This document shows, in pieces, positions 61,013-64,000 of a stretch of DNA of 64,000 nt (positions are counted from its first letter, which is position 1; every line of letters begins with the position of its first letter). Under the pieces are notes generated by a model, which saw only the letters and a list, made by a program, of their open reading frames with translations, did no database searches and was not told the origin of the DNA. A program made the position numbers and the translations under genes. This DNA comes from Vulcanimicrobiota bacterium (GTDB lineage: Bacteria > Vulcanimicrobiota > Vulcanimicrobiia > Eremiobacterales > Eremiobacteraceae), in the NCBI GenBank assembly GCA_963805945.1, contig CAWDVP010000008.1:1-64000 (forward strand), written 5' to 3'.

Positions 61013-62022
61013 GCCGGCACCTTCGCCGCCCGCAGGGCGCATTCGACGATCTGCACCGCGTTGGTCGCCGCGCCTTTGCGGAGATTGTCGCACACGATCC
61101 AGCACGAGAAGCCGCCCGGGTGGGCGGTGTCGGCGCGCAGACGGCCGACCGCCACGTCGTCGGTGCCCGCGACGTCGAGCGCGCTCGCATAGCCGTTGCC
61201 GTCTTCAAAGCGCACGCCTGGCGCGCTGCGCAGGATATCGCGCAGCTGCTCGCGCGTGGCGGGCCTGTGGGTCGCGAACGACACCGCTTCGCTGTGGCCG
61301 ATCGCCACAGGCACGCGCACGCACATGGCCGAGACGCGCAGGTCGGGCCGCGCGAGGATCTTCTTCAGCTCCGCGGCGATCTTGCGCTCCTCGTCGCCAT
61401 AGCCGGAGGCATCAAAATCGCCGACCTCCGGCACGACGTTGCCCGCGATGCGCCGCGGCAGCACCAGTGCGTTCGTGCTCCCCGCGAGTTGAGCGCGATA
61501 CTCTTCGACCGCATCTTTGCCGGCGCCGGACACGCTTTGATAGGTCGCCACGCTCACCCACGTGAGACCGAAGACCTTCTCGATCGGCGAGAGCGCGACG
61601 GCGAGCGGAATGGTGGAACAGTTCGGATTCGCGACGAGCATCTGCGTGCCGATCGCCTCGGCATTCGCTTCGGGCACGACGAGCGGCACCGCCGGATCGA
61701 GCCGATAGACGCCTGACTTGTCGACGACGAACGCGCCCGCGTCCACCGCGGCGCGCGCGTACGTGCGGCTCGCCGCGTCGCCCGCGGCGAAGAACGCGAC
61801 GTCGATGCCCTTGAACGGGTCGCGCGCCTCGGCGAGCGGTTCGACCGCGACCTCGCGGCCGCCGGCGTGCAGGTGCGCGCCGGCTGAGCGGGCGGTGCCG
61901 AACGCGCGCAGTGAGCGCAGCGGAAAGCGCCGTTCGTCGAGGATGCGTGCGAGCGTCTCGCCGACCAAGCCGGTCGCGCCCACGATGGCGACGTTGAGGC
62001 CGTTCGTCGACGTGAGGCTCAC
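61009..62022 (-). CDS. asd: Aspartate-semialdehyde dehydrogenase
   Basis: VGATGLVG, VPLVVPEAN, ANPNCSTI, TYQSVSGAG, CVRVPV..GHSE, DNLRKGAATNAVQI. Confidence 0.97.
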   Translation of the reverse strand: MSLTSTNGLNVAIVGATGLVGETLARILDERRFPLRSLRAFGTARSAGAHLHAGGREVAVEPLAEARDPFKGIDVAFFAAGDAASRTYARAAVDAGAFVVDKSGVYRLDPAVPLVVPEANAEAIGTQMLVANPNCSTIPLAVALSPIEKVFGLTWVSVATYQSVSGAGKDAVEEYRAQLAGSTNALVLPRRIAGNVVPEVGDFDASGYGDEERKIAAELKKILARPDLRVSAMCVRVPVAIGHSEAVSFATHRPATREQLRDILRSAPGVRFEDGNGYASALDVAGTDDVAVGRLRADTAHPGGFSCWIVCDNLRKGAATNAVQIVECALRAAKVPA

Positions 62023-62771
62023 AGCAGCTCTCCGAGGCCGTCGACGAAATGATCGAGCGTCGCGGCAGCTCTTACCGCGAGCAGCACGCCGGCCATGAAG
62101 GACTCGCGCGAGAACGAATCGTGTCGTATGGTGAGCAGCTCGCCCTTGCCGCCGAAGAGCACTTCTTGATGCGCGACGACGCCCGGCAGGCGCAGGCTGT
62201 GGATGCCGATGCCTGCATGTTCCGCGCCGCGTGCGCCGTCGATCTTCACCGCAGCGGTCGCGGGCCGCTTGAAGTTGCCGGCGGCCGTGAGACGTCGCGC
62301 GGTCGCCATCGCGGTCCCGGACGGCGCGTCCTTCTTGCCCGTCTCGTGCATCTCGACGATCTCGACCGCGGGATAATGTTTCGCGGCCGCATCGGCGAAC
62401 TGCATCATGAGCACGGCGCCGATGGCGAAGTTGGGCGCGAACACCGCACCGACGTGATTTTTCGCGCACGCAGCTTTGAGCGCAGCGATGTCGTCCGCGC
62501 CGTAGCCCGACGCGCCGATGACCGGCCGCACACCGCGCTCGATCGCTCCCAGCGCGATGCGCTTCGAATCAGGGAAAAGCGAGAAATCCACGAGCACTTG
62601 AGGCTTTGCCCGAGCGACGAACGCGTCGAGATCATCGAACTCGAGCGGCCCTTGTGCAGTCCCCGACCGTACCAACCCGCCCACGTAGTCGATGTCGTCG
62701 GCGTCGGCGAGCGCGCCGGCCGTCGTCCGCCCCATTTTGCCGTGTGCTCCGGCCACGCCAGCCCGTATCAT
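62019..62771 (-). CDS. dapB: 4-hydroxy-tetrahydrodipicolinate reductase
   Basis: GAHGKMG, VDFS, APNFAIG, EMHETGKKDAPSGTA, HSLRLPG..AHQEV, RHDS. Confidence 0.96.
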   Translation of the reverse strand: MIRAGVAGAHGKMGRTTAGALADADDIDYVGGLVRSGTAQGPLEFDDLDAFVARAKPQVLVDFSLFPDSKRIALGAIERGVRPVIGASGYGADDIAALKAACAKNHVGAVFAPNFAIGAVLMMQFADAAAKHYPAVEIVEMHETGKKDAPSGTAMATARRLTAAGNFKRPATAAVKIDGARGAEHAGIGIHSLRLPGVVAHQEVLFGGKGELLTIRHDSFSRESFMAGVLLAVRAAATLDHFVDGLGELL

Positions 62772-62817
62772 CGCATCTCCAACGTTCAATGGCGGGACAG
62801 GGCGGCCCTCCGGGCGT

Positions 62818-64000
62818 CTATTTCGCCGACGCTTTTTCCAGCTTCGTGTAATTGAGCATGATGCTCTTGCGGCCCGCCGACGCGAAGTCGACCGTGACGA
62901 ACGCGTCGCCGCCGGCGCCGCGCACCTCGAGCACGACGCCCGGGCCGAATTTCGGGTGCGTGACGGTGTCGCCGGCGACCAGTTCGACCTCGCGCTCGAT
63001 CGGCGCGGGCGCGGCGATCTCATCCCACGTGCCGCCCACCCCGATCGGCGAGATCGGCGCGACGTTGAGGAACTCGAGGCCGGTCATCTCGTTGAGGAAG
63101 CGCGACGGCGGGTGCAGATACGAGCTGCCGAAGGTGGTGCGACGCTTGGCGTAGGTGAGGTACAGCTCGTCGATGGCGCGCGTCACGCCCACGTAGCACA
63201 GGCGCCTTTCTTCTTCTATCTCGCTCGGATCCACCAGCGCGCGGTTGTGCGGGAACACACCTTCCTCGAGTCCGCACAGGAACACCACCGGGAATTCCAG
63301 GCCTTTGGCCATGTGCAGCGTCATGAGGGTGACGGCCGAGCCGCCCTTGTCCATCGCGTCGAGATCCGATACGAGCGAGATGTTCGCCAAGAAGCCGGCG
63401 ACGTCGGGACCCTCGCGCTCCTCGTACTCGCGCGCGACGCCGATGAGCTCTTCGAGGTTCTCGAGGCGCGAGCGCGCTTCCACCGTGTCCTCCTCGCGCA
63501 ACGCTTGAACGTAGCCGGTGTCTTCGAGCACGGAGACGAGCGCGCCGGCCGGACCTTGCTCGGCGATGATCGCGAATGCTTCGACATCTTTGAAGAACGC
63601 CGCGAGATCTTTCGCCTTCTTGGGCGCGACCGCCGCGATGACGTCCGCATCGAGCATCGCGCGCGCGAACGACAGCCCGCGCCGGGCGCCTTCGTCGCCG
63701 ATGGCATTGAGCGTCGCTTGGCCGATGCCGCGGCGCGGCGCGTTGATGATGCGTCGCAGGCTGATGCCGTCGTCGCGATTGGTGATGTAGCGCAGATAGG
63801 CGAGAGCGTCCTTGATCTCGGCGCGCGCGTAGAAGCCGACGCCGCCGACGACGCGGTACGGCATGCCGGCGACGAGCAGCGCTTCTTCGAACGCGCGCGA
63901 CTGCGCGTTGGTGCGGTAGAGCACGACGAAGTCGCTTAAGGCCCGCCCTTCGTCGTCGACCGCGGCGTGGATCGTCTCGACGACGAAGCGCGCCTCGTCG
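62818..64000 (-). CDS. pcrA: PcrA/UvrD family DNA helicase, 3' part (5' end outside window)
   Basis: LYRTNAQSR, FYARAEIKD, PRRGIG, TLMTLHMAKGLEFP, EEERRLCYVGVTRA, PSRFL, HPKFG. Confidence 0.95.
   Translation of the reverse strand, partial: DEARFVVETIHAAVDDEGRALSDFVVLYRTNAQSRAFEEALLVAGMPYRVVGGVGFYARAEIKDALAYLRYITNRDDGISLRRIINAPRRGIGQATLNAIGDEGARRGLSFARAMLDADVIAAVAPKKAKDLAAFFKDVEAFAIIAEQGPAGALVSVLEDTGYVQALREEDTVEARSRLENLEELIGVAREYEEREGPDVAGFLANISLVSDLDAMDKGGSAVTLMTLHMAKGLEFPVVFLCGLEEGVFPHNRALVDPSEIEEERRLCYVGVTRAIDELYLTYAKRRTTFGSSYLHPPSRFLNEMTGLEFLNVAPISPIGVGGTWDEIAAPAPIEREVELVAGDTVTHPKFGPGVVLEVRGAGGDAFVTVDFASAGRKSIMLNYTKLEKASAK

Overview
High-GC, densely coding chromosomal segment of a diderm bacterium. 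Gene content and style suggest Eremiobacterota/Vulcanimicrobiota, but that is inference only. Many conserved genes carry 1-nt frameshifts, most likely long-read indel errors. Contents in order: (1) a minus-strand operon of secreted DUF11/TIGR01451 Ig-like proteins ending in a large outer-membrane protein (1-7005), thrS, then a fifth DUF11-type multi-repeat adhesin (8988-12302); (2) tsaD, an S10 peptidase, pyk-purN-purM, pepA and a TonB-receptor-like protein with an unusual C-terminal extension; (3) a mosaic purine cluster (purF, purD, guaA, two archaeal-type purP-like genes, tandem purS-like, purQ, purL, fused purC-purE, purB); (4) holA, mtnA, an aminotransferase, a beta-helix repeat protein, ribD-E-BA-H, comF, a Liv-type ABC transporter, NDP-sugar transferase, tagA/wecG-like, dapA-aspartokinase-asd-dapB and pcrA/uvrD. 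The best candidate for an undescribed system is the DUF11 locus. Two subunits start with an orphan two-strand 'GTxISNTASATY...SNTV' segment, and three end in a DUF11 domain truncated exactly where that segment belongs. This suggests a head-to-tail, donor-strand-complemented, possibly isopeptide-crosslinked fibre with base, shaft, tip, chaperone-like and usher-like parts. The second signal is two GTAG-type REP palindrome families: a 26-nt family that stays intergenic, and a 24-nt family that mostly sits in frame inside genes (ribH, purL, aspartokinase and others). No rRNA, tRNA, CRISPR array or transposase was recognised.
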